Part shown: positions 26,487-41,820 of the stretch, one piece after another
Layout: each line of letters begins with the position of its first letter
Position numbering within the stretch: the stretch's first letter is position 1
NCBI GenBank assembly: GCA_951406725.2
Contig: OX597828.1
Location: forward strand, 10,602,001 to 10,666,000
DNA: 64,000 bases
Direction: 5' to 3'
Source: Octopus vulgaris
Lineage: Eukaryota
Position numbers and translations under genes: made by a program
The notes under the pieces: model-generated
Told to the model about the DNA's origin: nothing
Databases searched by the model: none
What the model saw: the letters and a program-made list of their open reading frames with translations, nothing else

Positions 26487-28396
26487 GTTATTTATATAGA
26501 ATTTATTTATACGCAATTTTTCAACCACATTATGAAATTTTAAAAATTGTTATAATTATATATTTCCGGATATAAAATTTGCATTGAGTTATAAATTTGC
26601 ATTCATTTGACTTTCAGAAATACTTAAAAATACATTCATATACTTATAATATACAACAGAGGATGGAATAAACGTTATCATGAATATATCAGAATTTACA
26701 GCAGAAAACTAAATCGTTTAAAAAAAAAAAAAAAAGCCCATTGGAATAGTATATGGCGTTCTATGTCATTGTCTTTAGAGATTTTTTTGTACGATTATGC
26801 AGAGTTCTTGCAGAAGTCGCAGAAATTTAAAATTATGTATAAATTTAGTAGAATCCATCATAGCCACTCATTTCGTTCTTTCACAAATAGTAATACGACT
26901 AAATTGAAGACTGAAATACATATTTCTCTTCGAGGAAGACGAGAATGCTCTCGTTTCCTGCAAAAAATTTCTGGCGGAATGGAAGTTAAAAGTGTATTGG
27001 TTTTTAATCCTGAGCCATAAATTCTATAAGATTTTAATTTTTAGATCACAAATGGTGTTACAACTGATGATGATGACACAGAATGCAATACGAAATGTTT
27101 CACTGCGTGTGTGTTTGCTTGTGTGTCAGTATGTCCGTGACTGTGTCTGTGCATGCATGTTAATGTATGTTTCATGTATGACCGTCCAGAATATATAAAC
27201 AATGGAAGCATAAACAGGTGTTAATTTCATCAGAAAAGAAATTATAGTGACAGGTATTTAATTTGTACCTCTTTCAGCAACCTACTTTTCACTTTTCTTC
27301 TAATTGAAGAACCTCATTCTATTTCTGCTCAAAGAGTTCAGTCCACTTAGCTGCAATGTGTTATCAGACTGCAGTAGATTGTACATGATTCTACTCCATA
27401 TAAGAGTGCTTTGTATGTCGGAATCTTCATATATATTAGTATTCACTGATTATTCCAAAGCAGATTTTTTCATCTGCAAATTGCGACACTTGTTATGCTA
27501 ATCCTGTAAGACACATCATCACCCAGCAAAAGATGCACAAAAGCACAGCAATGAGTAAAAAGTAGCTGACACACAGGTATTTCGGGTGTCTTTACTCCAC
27601 TCAGACCTGATAAGAGAATTATATACAACGAACTTTAAAAACGGATGTGTATGTAGAAATGTAAGAGACTTTACAATACTGATTATGAATAGGGAAAACG
27701 CACAGGGAAGATCTTTGGGGCTCTACTGTCATCATCCCATATAGAATATAATCTTTTATTGGTTTTCTTACTTATCTATTATTTATCGGCTCTTTTAACG
27801 TGATTAAGTATAGAATATGCTTGTAACCATTTCTTTTTCATTGGCAATTAAAAAGAAGATTTTTGTAAAATATTCTCCCAAACCATTTTGATTTTTTACA
27901 ATCATTTCAACAGATAAAATTTATTTTAAACGTGTCTCTACTCTGACAACCTACTCTTTTAAAGGTGACCAACCTGTATTGGATAATGTGGTCCGCGTTA
28001 CGCTATGCATGAACAGGAAACATCTGTGAAGATTGGTTCCGCATCAAAGCACTCCTTTGTCACAACAAAATGAACAAGATCCGTGTATGTACATGTAATA
28101 CTCTCACCCAGCATGCTGCAACATTCCTTGTCAACACGAAGTTTACTGCACAAATACACAGAAATACTGAAATATAAGAATGAACTGTCACAGGTTGATT
28201 TTTTATATTTTAAAAACTTCCAAAGAAGGGCTTAAGTGTTTCTCTCACACGTTTAAAAAGAAATGTGTATTAGCATGTAAACTGTGTATTCACTTTAGAA
28301 AACAGGCGAAGAAGGAAAAGGTAGCATATTTGCTCTCCTTCCCTATCTCTTTCTCACTCTCTTTTTTTATCCTCTCTCTCTCTCTCTCTCTCTTGG

Positions 28397-28427
<31 letters not shown>

Positions 28428-28576
28428 ATATATAAATATATATATATATATATACATGTATATAATCATGTCAAAGGGAAATGGAATTTAATTAAAATTA
28501 GAACATTCAATCAAAATTTACATTTCCAGTGGTCTAACTTGCAAAAAAAATTAGTCAAGAAGACTATATATTAGTC

Positions 28577-28858
28577 ATACGATATAGTGTATATTTAAAC
28601 AAATAAGGAATCCACTTAAAGGGAATTCAACACGCTAGAGAGAACAGCTAGGTTCTGTAAACTACAAAAATAACGGATAAAATTCGACAGGAATAAATTT
28701 GGAAATGAAAAACATTTACGGTTTTTTCATTTCCAAATTTATTCCTGTCGAATTTTATCCGTTATTTTTGTGGTTTACAGAACCTAGCTGTTCTCTCTAG
28801 CGTGTTGAATTCTCTTTAAGTGGATTCCTTATTTGTTTAAATATACACTATATCGTAT
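28577..28858. repeat. Near-perfect 282-bp palindrome (136-bp arms, 10-nt loop, 2 mismatches)
   Basis: 28577-28712 pairs with 28723-28858, with loop catttacggt. A (TA)n tract follows. Confidence 0.95.
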
Positions 28859-28939
<81 letters not shown>

Positions 28940-28966
28940 TGTACATATATATATATAAATAGATAT

Positions 28967-29013
<47 letters not shown>

Positions 29014-30247
29014 CGTACATACATATATATGTATATATATATATATATACTTATATAAATATATACATAATATGTGTGGGGGATGTATCTATATATATTA
29101 TCTTACTTTCTGTAATATTTGCCGTCAAATGCATGCGGAAAATACTTCAATGATAATCATCATAAGCAAAGTGCTCGAACTTTGCTGCCTATGAACATTT
29201 AAATAATCAGCGAGAAAGTATGTGCATATGCGATAGTATATGCGTTGTGTTGCCTGTAAGAGATGGATTCAATAAATCTGAATAGAGACACAATAGGATA
29301 AAATAAAGAAAGAGCTGGTTTATATCGAGATATAGAATATATTTATATAATAAGCTAAAAATATTTCGCTAGTTCTCAATAAGATTCTTGCCTAATTCCA
29401 CACTAATAAAAGCATTACTCTTCTACCATCTATTATCATGAATCCTTTCTATTTTACCACAGGAACACTTGGACCCGGGATTATTTATTTTATGCGTTGA
29501 ACTAACACTATTTTATGCTTATCTGAGCAAAAGCTACTTTGTGAAACAGTGACGTTCCAAGACAAACAAATATAATTTTAGCTTATATATATGTGTGTGT
29601 CTGCGTATGTAGGTGTGTAAGTGTACATATACGCGCGCACTCACACACACAGATGTATACACATACACACACATGCACACACACATACATATACATACAT
29701 GCGCACGTAGAAAAGCCAGTGAAAATACTAGGACAATGGTAGCTGAGAATGCATACATATATATATATGATTACAAACAAATTCGACACATTAAAATTCT
29801 GAAATATTGTGATAGATATTCAAATATACGAAACTTCAAAGGAAATTGTTTGAGATAATAATGACTCTTAGACATATATCTACAGCCTGAAGTATAGATT
29901 TTTTATTAGACGTCATTTTGTAAAATCCGGCTAACATTTTATCGTTGATTTTCCGAATTATTCCTATTGTGTTTCACTAAGCTACAATCTAAATATGTTT
30001 TAAGAAAGAAAAGTAAAAATATAAAACACCAAATAACAAATCACACAAATATTTGTATAGAAATGTATATATACCGATCTGTGGATAAACAAATATATGC
30101 AGAACGATAAATATATGCACACACTGACATATAAACAAACACACACCTCCACCGTACTCATAAACTCCGAAAGCGAACTCTCCCGTACAGTCACGTCTAT
30201 ATATTTTCTACCTGACTGTATCTCTTTCTTCCTTCCTTCCTTCCTTC

Positions 30248-30297
<50 letters not shown>

Positions 30298-30323
30298 ATC
30301 TATATGTATCTTTGTCTGTTTAC

Positions 30324-30376
<53 letters not shown>

Positions 30377-30761
30377 ACTCTGTCTGCCTGTATGTCTATC
30401 TATTAATCACTATATATACATTTATGTGTATATGTATGTATATATATGCAAATATATTTATTTATATACGCGTGTGTATATATGTATACGGACATATATG
30501 TATACGGACATATATGTATAGAGGTTATGAGAGGTAATGGTGTCAATAAGACCCAAAGGTGTCACTTAATGTTGAGTAAGTGATATGTACACACCATAGT
30601 TAAGTTTGAGGTTCGGTGATCATGCGAATGAGGAAACCAACGCAGGTCATGTATCAGCATGTGTATGTATAAAAAAACTTTTTTTGAATGAGATAAGAAT
30701 TTTAGAACATTTATAAATACTGTAAAATCTTTCACAGCCTTAGATTTTTATCGCATTCAAA

Positions 30762-30823
<62 letters not shown>

Positions 30824-30959
30824 CAAGGTAGATAGATAGGTAGATATACAGACACAGAAATATATATATATATATATATGCACAGAGATAGATGGAGAGA
30901 GAACATTTGAACTTTTGCTTGAGAGGCCATCATGTTGCACCGTCTGAAGTCATGTTTCT

Positions 30960-31470
30960 GCTAGTTCTTTTGTACCGCGCTGATACCAATATCTCTTCTC
31001 TGAAGCGGAGAACCCGTTCACTAAAGCTGCCACATCCTGAAGCATCGCAAGTTGTGTCTCATAGAGGTTGGGTCGAAGCTAGTAATAATGCGAGGGAGCT
31101 AGATCAGGACTATAACGCGTGTGTGGCATCCGTTCCTTTCCTTCAAGATGCGTTTTTTTTCCGGGTCGTTTGAGAGGTATGAGATCCCGCGTTGTCTTCC
31201 TGTAGAAGTGTTCACATTTTGTTCAACAATGCCGAGTATTTGTGCCGCGCGGAAACATAAAGCCGTTCTAGCTGTTTGTAATGCAGGTTGGCATTGATGG
31301 TTCGACCGTCTTGTACGGGCTCTTAGTGAATTATCACATCATAATTCCACCAGGTACAGACAATCTCCTTGTATTCGATACCTTCATATTTGACACCTCG
31401 AAGTTGGCCATTACCTAACCACTGCTCGTGCATGTAAGGATTGCGCAAAAATATCTCCCTCGGATTATTA
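30960..31470 (-). pseudogene. Degenerate mariner-type (DD34D-like) transposase remnant
   Basis: Across frameshifts the minus strand gives VCTWWNYDVIIH..., TINANLHYKQLERL, LQEDNAGSHTS and YSPDLAPSHY (31081-31120). These are mariner signature motifs. Confidence 0.85.
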
Positions 31471-32740
31471 CTTATTCCGATGCATGATTCACTTCCTGCA
31501 CATGCGATTCATCATTACAAAGAACTGCCAGAAAGTGGTGGTGGTTGTGGTGGTCCTGATGCTGGTGTTGGTAGCCGAGGCGGTCAGAGATGACGATGAG
31601 AGCAAGTGATGTGAAAGACAGTGGTGATGGTGGTGGAGAAGAAGGCGACGAAGTCAAAGGTATTGATAGTGATGGCGTCAGAAGTTTGAATGGTGTGTGT
31701 ATGGCAGATGTGGTGGTGATGGCAGTGATACTTCTGTTCATCATGCAGCTTTGCAATGAGTTCCAAGTCGAGAAATTATAGTATTATTTCGATGAAAATT
31801 GTTCATTTTTTGAAAAATATTGTTCAAGTTTAATAACATTTAATTTTTACAAATGCATGAAGAGTTATTGTTGAGCCCAAGGCCTAATGAAGAGCCTCCA
31901 CAGGAGCGAGCTGAAAAGCGGCGCGATACTGCGGCTTTTAAGCTAGTATATAATATCAAAAAATAATATTATATAAAGAAGTTGGACACACACAGAAAAA
32001 GATAGACAGAAAGATACATAGGTACGTACATACACACATACACACATAATACATACTTACATACTTACCCACGTAACTACATAATACTTACATACATACA
32101 TGCATACATAGTACCTACGTGCATGCGTACAAATACTCATACATATACATGCACTAAACTGATATTTCGTTCCTTCCATGAGAAAAATAAATATAGACAC
32201 TTACGTAAAAGTAGTTACTGAATGCAGAGCATACGTTGAGATATTCTCAAGAATAAACAGTTTTCTAATATCTCATAACATTAAGAAAAAGATTGTCAGC
32301 AGATTACACTAGGACTTAAATATTTCTGATATTTGAACGTAAGGTTCCATGTAAATATTGATGTGGCCAATACAAGACAAATGCTGCGGCAATGAAATAT
32401 ATCGGGTCACAAATACGAAACCAGAGATTCCCTTTAGTTTCTAGATAGTGGGACTGTATTTTCTTCATAATATGTCGGTTTCAGAGATTTTTTGATTCGC
32501 TGGTTTGTTATTTGATCGCACATGAGATAAAGTTTTTGTTTATATTTCTGTCAATGGGATGATCATTTCAATAAATCAAGAATTACTCTTCTATGCAATT
32601 TAATGGGCTTTATTCGACTTAATTTTCCATATTCATGCCACAGGCCGCTCTGATTTATTTACCTTAGCTCATTTAAATATAGAAGTACACCGAAAAGAGA
32701 CATATCTATTTATACATGTATGAATGCATATACGCATATA

Positions 32741-32827
<87 letters not shown>

Positions 32828-33710
32828 CTCTGTATATATATTATGTATGTATATATGGATATAAAATCATTTCATACATTCATATATACATACGTATACT
32901 CAAAAGTACATCGATAACTAAGGAATGAAAAAGTGAAAGGAAGAGAGAGAGGGGAAGAAAGGGAGTTAGAGAGAGAGTGAGTGAAAGAGAGTAAGAGGGA
33001 GGTGGAATATGGAAATGGATTTTTAAGAAATTCTTAATTCGTTGGTTGAATAACTTAGTGACAGTGTATTAGCAATTAATTGATTGATTATTTTATCGAT
33101 CATTGAAATTGATTTATACTGCCGACAATGAAATGCCAGCAATTGTTGACAGAGTGAATAATTAAAAACTTCACTTATCATTGCTGAGTAAGACATTATA
33201 CTCTGTGAAATCTGACTGTGTAATTATCTGTTGGCTATCTATATGCCATCGCCCTATCTATTTATCTATGTATGAATTCGATATATATGTATATGGGTAT
33301 ATGTATGTATGCATCTATGTATCTACGGATGGGTGTGTATTATGCATATAGATACCTGGCGTATAATTATACAGTCAAATTTCATAGACTTCAATGTATT
33401 ATTTAGTGATGAAGTTTCACTAATATATGTGTGTATGTGCGTGTGCACCCTTGCGCGAGTATGTTTGTCTGAGAAGGTGCGTGGCCTATTTGCTTGTTGC
33501 ACTCATCTAGCGATCGTGTTTTCCGACCCAGGGCCACGCGGCTCATTGGGTTCTGGAGCAAAATAATTCATTCCTCTTCACTGCAGTCCACTCGTCTGTA
33601 AATCGAATTCAAGAAATAATCACTATTGCAGGCCTTTTATATAAAAAGTGTAGAAAGATTTCATAATTTTATATCTGATAACATTTTATTCACCAGTGTT
33701 GACATACATA

Positions 33711-34132
33711 GGCGCAGGAGTGGCTGTGTGGTAAATAGCTTACTTACCAGCCACATGTTTCCGGGTTCATTCCCACTGCGTGGCAACTTGTGCAAGTGTC
33801 TTCTACTATGGCCTCGAGCCGATCAAAGCCTTGCTAGTGGATTTGGTAGACGGAAACTGAAAGAAGCCCGTCGTATATATGTGTTTATATATATATGTGT
33901 GTATGTGTATGTGTTTGTGTGTCTGTGTTTGTCCCTCCAACATCGCTTGACAACCGATGCTGGTGTATTTACGTCTCCGCAACTTAGCGGTTCGGCAAAA
34001 GAGACCGATAGGATAAGTACTAGACTTACAAAGAATAAGTCCTGGCTTCGATTTTCTCGACTAAAGGCGATGCTCCAGCATGGCCGCAATCAAATGACTG
34101 AAACAAGTAAAAGAGTAAAGAGTAAAAGAGTA
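33711..34132 (+). mobile_element. SINE family A, full length
   Basis: Runs from the ggcgcaggagtggctgtgtgg head to the (taaaagag)n tail. Confidence 0.92.
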
Positions 34133-34748
34133 TACAGAGATGTTAGTAGACAGTAAAATTAAACAAGAGTTTCTAGAATACGAATTCATAACTTACTGTT
34201 ATGGTATCCATATTCAGACTGCGTGAAATTGTTTTCATTTGTAAATCTATATACTTCTTTGAAGCTATAATTCATATGATAAAAATATAGGGAACATATA
34301 TAAATACAAATATAGATATATAAGTGCATATACACATACATAGCTATCCATTTAATATCTAAATTCCAGGAAACGTAGCGTTACTCAGAATTCAGCTTTT
34401 TCCTCATTCGTGAAAAGCTTGGAAGATAATATCAGACAAAACTACATACCAAAAAAACATAATACATACATATATTCATATATGAAATCATGCAGTCGGG
34501 AACGAAAAGTAAGATATCAACCTTACTTCTATGTTGCCAAATGCAATAGAAAGAGAATTATGTACCATTTTCAATAGTAAAACATGTGTAATTGGCTCCA
34601 AAAATGTCCTCATAGCTGTAACCAAACTGTATTTCGCGAAGGGACCTAATTGTTGAACACTGGTATGTAAGAGGCTAATATTTTACGGAAAACCACTAAT
34701 ACATATCTTCAAAAGGACGGTCAACTGACATGACAAACTGGCTGGCTG

Positions 34749-35077
34749 AGACCCCTTCGGTGATGACTGACCATGGGATTGCACTTAGAAAGTTACCCTC
34801 CCAGGCACAAGTCCGGGCAATGATGTTTACGGACGACTAGCAGTCGCCTATGCATACCGGCCTCCCCTCTCCATGCCATCAGTGTTATCCAAGAGAAAGG
34901 CAAAGGCCAATACAGCTTGGCACGTGTGACGTCGCAACTCATTTCTACAGTTGAGTGAACTAGGACAACGTGAAATAAAGTGTCTTGCTCAAGAACACAA
35001 CACGCAGCCCGGTCCGGGCTTCGAATTCAAAACCTGACGATCCTAAGCTCGACGCTCTAACCACTGAGCCATGCGCC
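34749..35077 (-). mobile_element. tRNA-derived SINE family B with a CORE-like central domain
   Basis: The minus strand starts ggcgcatggctcagtggttagagcg (A box), then ttcgaagcccgg (B box), then ttcttgagcaagacactttatttcac...ctgtagaaatgag. Second copy at 42933. Confidence 0.9.
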
Positions 35078-35094
35078 TTCACACAACTGGTTTG

Positions 35095-37130
35095 CTATAG
35101 CATAGATAAATATTGTAAACAAGAATAAAACCTCCGATTTGGTTGAAAACTGTAAGACCATCGCTTGCCTAAGCATTTTGTACAAACTGTATACACGTTG
35201 CTTTGACCAATTTCTCCAGGATCATTGCGAGTCCAAAACCGTAGATTGCTGAGCAGGCTGATGGAAGGAAGAGAGTGTGGGGATATACCGAACAACCTTT
35301 GATTAATAAAGTTCTACTGTCTGAAGTAAAAAGCAAAAAAAATAAAAAAATCGTAGTAGCCTTACAACTGAATGGTTTGATTAAAAGAGGGGATTTAACT
35401 TTCATCCACTGTCATGGCTGCTGAATTGTCACCATTTGGCAAAAGATCATGCTGTTTTAATTTCTGCCATGGAGAGTCTCACAAAGACCTGTGTAACAAT
35501 TCTAACGCTTTAAACCTTGAGTGGAATGGATCGTCTTCAATGTTATAAATATGTCAATGAGAATATTCTAAGGAGAAAGTCTTTCTATAATTCTATTCGT
35601 TTTGGCATTAAATCCTTTATAATTTCCACTACAAAATCAAATGGCTAAATTTTAGGATCTGCAACTTCTAGAGATATTAATGTAACTCATAATTTCTTTG
35701 TGGATGACCTCGAGGTTTATGCTTAAAGTGTTGACAATGCCAGAAATCAGCTGGAATAAATAACAGCATTTCTAATCCTTTGTCAGGATTTGAATTTGAC
35801 CAAAAGAAATACTCGTATTTGATTGTTGAACGCGCAAAATCGGTGCTAAAATCTATGTGTCAACGGTTGTATCTCTCATGTCGCACACGTACCTACGCAT
35901 TGATGAAAACATCTTAAGGATGTACTGTGAATAAAGACAGAAAGATCCGGGAATATTAGCTCAATATTAGAAAAAAATATGGCAGTCGGAACTTACCTCT
36001 TACAAAACAATAACACATGATGTATTTGCAGTACCAGCGCTGATTCCAACATTTGGGATACTTGGCAGTTATGTAGAAGAAACACACATAAATCCCATAC
36101 ACATTATGATAATAACTGGAAATATCCACAGGAATAATGATATCGGAAGGCGCTACCAAAGAAGACATAACAGAGATAGGAGACTGGGATAAGTTCATGC
36201 AAGGTGGGAATGACGTATATTCTCTCTTAGATTGCATTTACTAAATAATAATACCAAAAATAAATGCATTATGTTAGTGCAGAATAGTGGAGTGAACCAT
36301 ATACTACATGCTGGCAGTGAGCTCTTCAGACAGCTTTCACATCTTAATGTCCTCCCATATAACCACAAAGCAACCAGGCTGACATACTTCAAAGAAGACC
36401 CAGATTTGAAACGCTCTGTTAACAAAACAAGATCATGTTTTCTGATGACTTGAAGAAGGTAGAAATATCAACGTGAAGCTTCCCTTGGCCTCGTGAGCGC
36501 TACACCACAGGACACTTCGAAGGTATGCGTTTGCATTCCAATTACAACGCAAACAAAAGAGGCAGGGAAGCACTTGCAGTTCCAAGATGCAACAAGAAAA
36601 TGGAGATTATATTATATTTTTGTTAAAGACATCACACATGTGGTTAGCAACTAGCTAAAAATGTTATCAAGGTACTACCACTATATGTAACACGGCCTGT
36701 CGCAAATATAATATACAATACCATCCGGTAAGAAAACTGCCCAGAAATAAATATAGAACATCCCCTGTTGTTGACTACATACACAAACATCAGACAAAGA
36801 ATACTGGTAGAACATTCCCATCAAAACATGTGTCAAGAAGAGTCTATACTGTAATAGATGGACAAGAAGAGTATATACTGTAACAGAAGTTAACGGTCCT
36901 GCTGGTATGAATATCTCTTTGAAAATCTAAGAGAAAGAGTATAACTGTAGACAGCTGCTTGGGAGTCACCAGCTTCTATATGCAGGTGATAAATTTTTAT
37001 TTATATCAATAATTGTTCAGAAGTCGATCTTGCATTACTGACACTGGATAACCTTGGATTTTCAGAAAAATCAATCAACCGGCAAGCACATTACAAATTC
37101 TACTGTAAAAATGAGCAAAACTTATATTCA
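35095..37130 (+). pseudogene. Heavily decayed RLE-type (R4/Dong-like) LINE, RT through endonuclease
   Basis: Motifs appear in the expected order across stops and frameshifts: LINK (about 35300), HSWL-like (35405), IF*GESLSIILFVLALNPL (35563-35620), THNFFVDDLEVYA (35685), VFAVPALIPTFG (36021), ITHVVSN (36630). Confidence 0.7.
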
Positions 37131-37247
37131 AAATTTGGCATTGTTTTCGTTATCTACATTCCAGCGAAGGAGCATCGTATATTTGTTAGAAATCAGATCT
37201 TTCGTCAGAGAAATAATTTAGATAATTAGTAACAGAAGAGAACAATA

Positions 37248-37658
37248 GGCGCAGGAGTGGCTTTGTGGTAAGTAGCTTGCTAACCAACCACATGCTTCCG
37301 GGTTCAGTCCCACTGCGTGGCATCTTGGGCAAGTGTCTTCTGCTATAGCCTCGGGCCGACCAAAGCCTTGTGAGTGGATTTGGTAGACGGAAACTGAAAG
37401 AAGCCAGTCGTATATATGTGTATATATATGTGCATGTGTGTGTATATGTTTGTGTGTCTGTGTTTGTCCCTCTAGCATTGCTTGACAACAGATGCTGGTG
37501 TGTTTACGTCCCCGTCACTTAGCGGTTCGGCAAAAGAGACCGATAGAATAAGTACTGGGCTTACAAAGAATAAGTCCCGGGGTCGATTTTCTCGATTAAA
37601 GGCGGTGCTCCAGCATGGTCGCAGTCAAATGACTGAAACAAGTAAACGAGTAAACGAG
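37248..37658 (+). mobile_element. SINE family A, full length
   Basis: Head, body and the tail ggcggtgctccagcatggtcgcagtcaaatgactgaaacaagtaaacgag. Confidence 0.92.
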
Positions 37659-37707
37659 ATACAAGCATACATATATACATACATACATACATACATACAT
37701 ACATACA

Positions 37708-37743
<36 letters not shown>

Positions 37744-40700
37744 TACATCCATACATACATATATACATAAATACATACATACATACGTATGTACGTACAG
37801 ACAGACATATAGATAGACAAGCGAGCAGACAGATTGTCAGATATTCATGTCAAGAAACAGGCAAACTGACTGACAGATAGTCACCAATACAAACAGTCGG
37901 AGAATGTGCAGGGTATACAAAGCTCATTATTTGCTAGCGATTGTTTGGAAATTGAGATTCTTAGAGCCTGAAATTAATATGGAAAGAGAAGGCGGGTGAG
38001 AGAAAGGAAATGATGAATTCATGGCTTCTGTGAGAGAAAAAGAAATATTCAGAAAGATAAATATTGAAATATCAAGTGTGGAATACCGGGTAGATAAGCT
38101 TCCTTTAAAATAACAACTGCACTGGTTTCAGTGAGTGAAAATCAATATACTTGCAAATCAACTCTGATTTCATTAAATTTCTGTAATAGTTACAAGCTAT
38201 GGCACAATCTAAACGACAGCATTAACTCAGTTTAGAGATTTGGGGTTTGCTTTTTGTTTGGTTTTGCAAATCCTTTAGTATGATGAATTGCTTTAAAGAA
38301 TCTCCATTAAAGAATATATTGATTTTTTTTTCATTTGATAATTGTGTCTGCAGTGGAGAAGGAAGCGCGACGAGACGGCGATGCAGTTCCAATTTCCGGT
38401 TGAAACTGTTGCAATTAACTTTCTCCATTAACGGTGTTGGGAAGTGTATGAAAGTCACAACGTCACATTTTCTATCCAATAATGTATCGTCACTCAGTAG
38501 AAAGTAATATAACGGCTTCATGTTTCACAAGTACAGGAGTTGCAGTAGTGAAGGGTGTTGCGTTACACTCGATTGAATCGATTCTGTATATCAATGTCAT
38601 TTACATTATCGACCACGAAAAGATGAATAGCTAAGTCTACACCGTCGACATTTAACGTAAATGTGAAATGGCCGAAACGGAATATATTAATGCATTTATA
38701 ACAGCGTATTACTATTGTCTTATATTATCTGCAGCACTGTTATATTTGATATGATGTTCTACATTGGCACAAGGCCATATATTTCCGAAGAAGGTATAAT
38801 ACGTTTATTGTGATGGACAGTATCATCGACAAAGATTTTGCTATTAGGAAAATTCCGAATGCCTGAGCTTTGCTCAGTTCCACTGTAATTGGAAAAACAC
38901 TCTTGGTATTGAGCACTAATCAACTTTAAGTAAAATCTCTTATAAATTGCCCAATTGTATCTGGTATGTAGGACACATAAAATTGAAGTGTACGGCAATC
39001 TATCCGGTAATTGCTTTGAATTGATATTTCAAATGTTATTATATTACTCAGTCGGCCCGGTTATTTCCTCACTCTACAAGTCAAGTACGTATTTTATGGT
39101 TTGAAGAGAGTTTGAATAAAACAACTCGTGCGTGGAATCTGAAGTCTGAGTATTAAAGCCTCTTCAGCAAGCAGTTCAGTAACAAACGTAAGGATATCAT
39201 TGAAAAAAATTGAAATGCAACACAACTCATAGAAAACGTATTTGAATATCAGAGTATATTGTGCTACTGTCTAAAAATATGACTGTAAAATTAAGTAATT
39301 ATTTTTTATTTCTTTTCTGATTTTTAATAGATCTGTCACTTTAGTGATCCCGTTTTTACAAAATTTGTAAACCGCTTTGATATATATTAGCTCGAGTTAA
39401 CACGTAAATATTTGTAAACAGAATGCACAGTTGCAACATATTTAGACAGTGAAAGACCGATATAGGAACCAGAGCGTTATCGCGGATCTTATATATTTTA
39501 CATTATTTTACGAAATATATCGGATAATGTAGTATGAAATAAACAGCCTAAAACCGGGAATGGTCTAGCTCAAAACAGATTTAAATATACGCCAGCTCGA
39601 TCAAGATGATTTGCAGCTAAACGACATCTTAAGTATTGTAGTATCTGATTCTCTATGGATAAGGATGATTATCTTTCAATCATTAGATTAACCAAAGTGC
39701 TACTATTGAAATTAATGTGTAAATTCTTAAGTATGCCACAGACATAGGTAACTGCAACGTAATTCTAAGGTCGATTCAGCGTAACAGAATATGGTGAAAT
39801 GGATCTTTAATTTGCACGTTCCAAAAGAGTAAAGGAGTGATCAAAGGAGAGAGTGAGAGAAAGTAAAAGTATTCTAGAATTTGTACTTTGTTTACCGACT
39901 CTGAAAAGAGAAAAGATAACCTCTAAAGGATTTGAACTGAAAGCGTAATCTGCAGAGACTAACATCACAAATCATCCTACTTGACTGTGCATTTTAGACC
40001 TCACATGTCTTCTGAAGTGGAACAACGGTTCGTGAAAATATAAGAACGTAGAAATGAGTTGATATGAACACATCAGCTATGTAAAGATATTGACTTCATA
40101 AGTGACTCAGAATTGCATCTAGTATGTCCTTACCTTACCAGAATATGACATATTTCTTAATTATCCACACTAAGGTATAAAGTTTCAAAGAAAAACCATC
40201 TCGAAAAAGAGAAATTCGTAATTGAAATGCCTACCTACCCACTGGAAGGTGTTATGAAATTTTGAAATTGCAGTTCCCGATGAAAATATAAAAGATATTT
40301 CTCATTTCACAATGTAGTACATGATATATAAAATTATTGCATGGTTACGGCTGAAACATCTTGGTCATAGGTTAGAGCTGGAGTTAAACATAAAAAGTGT
40401 TCAATGCTAAATATTTTAGAGGATATGAAGTGATCGATTGAAATTGCTTATAATATTTATCGACAGGTGTCTGTTCAGTCAGTTCAACGATGTTACATAC
40501 CAACGATGATCACAGTAGATTTGGACTTGAAATTAAATACTATTCGTTAGAGTATCGTAATGATTGTCTTGAGATATTTTTTCGTCCCCTCAGCAGTGAA
40601 TTCGAATTTCCCGAGGTCAACTTTGCTTGTCAACCTTGTGGAAACGCTCAAGTGCCAATCCAAATCTGATATGAATTTTTGTTGGTATGTTTTACGCTCT

Positions 40701-41584
40701 CAAAACGGGATACATTCAGCAATATGGTGGCTTGTAAAGATTACTCTTACTGGAAAAAATGCCAGTTCTATGTTTCTTTCTTTTATCAGCATTGCTGTCA
40801 CTTCCCTTATCTTGGGCAATTCCATGACATGCTCATAGTACTTATCACACGAGTTTCTTATAGTCGTTCACAGACTTGACGCATTTTCGCTACGGAGAAT
40901 GTCAACAACCGATCTTTTTATAACTGAAATATTCACTTTTAGCAATTACAAAGCCATACAAGGGTAGGAAACAATCTATTAATTCATGACTCGCACTTAG
41001 TTCATCAACATTTCAACCAGATCGATATAAAGCAAATTTGCTTCTATCGAGATATGAATGGAGAAAGAACAGTATCTTAATTATTATAAGTAATTAAGTA
41101 ATGATATTCGTCAGTTTTATCGACCCAGTCGATTCTACAGCCCTACTTCGCTACAACTTATGAAGTTCTATAATTAGCTAATATCTTACATGGCCTGATG
41201 GATATATATGGTTTATTGACCACGGACATGTATTCATAGGAGATACTGAGAAGAATATAAATATGCATAAATATTTATATCTGCTTGACATAGTTAAATC
41301 GTAGACGAGGAAGGAACAAGTAGGTAACATATTTCTCAACAGGCTCCTGGTTTTGAAAAGTAGTATTTCACTGTATCGGCTACAAACAATTACTTCTGCA
41401 TGGCCTTAGTTTGCCCAGAATCATTCAAGTTTCTCTATCCATGGGGACATTTGTCTCGTATCCATTTAACTGTAAACAATTGTGGAACTGGTCAGTTTAA
41501 TGGTTTTATTCTTAGAAATTTTAATATACTACCACGATAAATCTTATCGATAGCTACAAAGCCTTTGATCATCAGCTTTGGTTG

Positions 41585-41621
<37 letters not shown>

Positions 41622-41768
41622 ATACTACTACTACTAATACTAATACTACTACTTCTACTAATACTACTACTGCTGCTGCTGCTATTACAACTACTACTAC
41701 TACTACGACGACTATGACTCATAATACCACCACCATCACCACTACTACTACTACTATTATTACTACTG

Positions 41769-41807
<39 letters not shown>

Positions 41808-41820
41808 TTGCTGATGCTAT
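41585..41820. repeat. Compound (ACT)n/(GCT)n/(ACC)n microsatellite
   Basis: Read directly from the sequence. Confidence 0.9.

Noticed and set aside
27573-27608. Minus-strand caggtCTGAGTG...ccGAAAtacctg hammerhead-like string
   Set aside because: The core deviates (no GA at positions 8-9), stem II is weak and there is no stem III. Compatible with chance.
31915-31950. Possible Helitron 3' end (GC-rich segment then CTAG|T)
   Set aside because: The hairpin is imperfect and I found no matching 5' TC terminus.
38345-38405. Acceptor-like ctgcag followed by a GC-rich stretch
   Set aside because: The apparent reading frame stops within about 16 codons and there is no convincing donor or homology.
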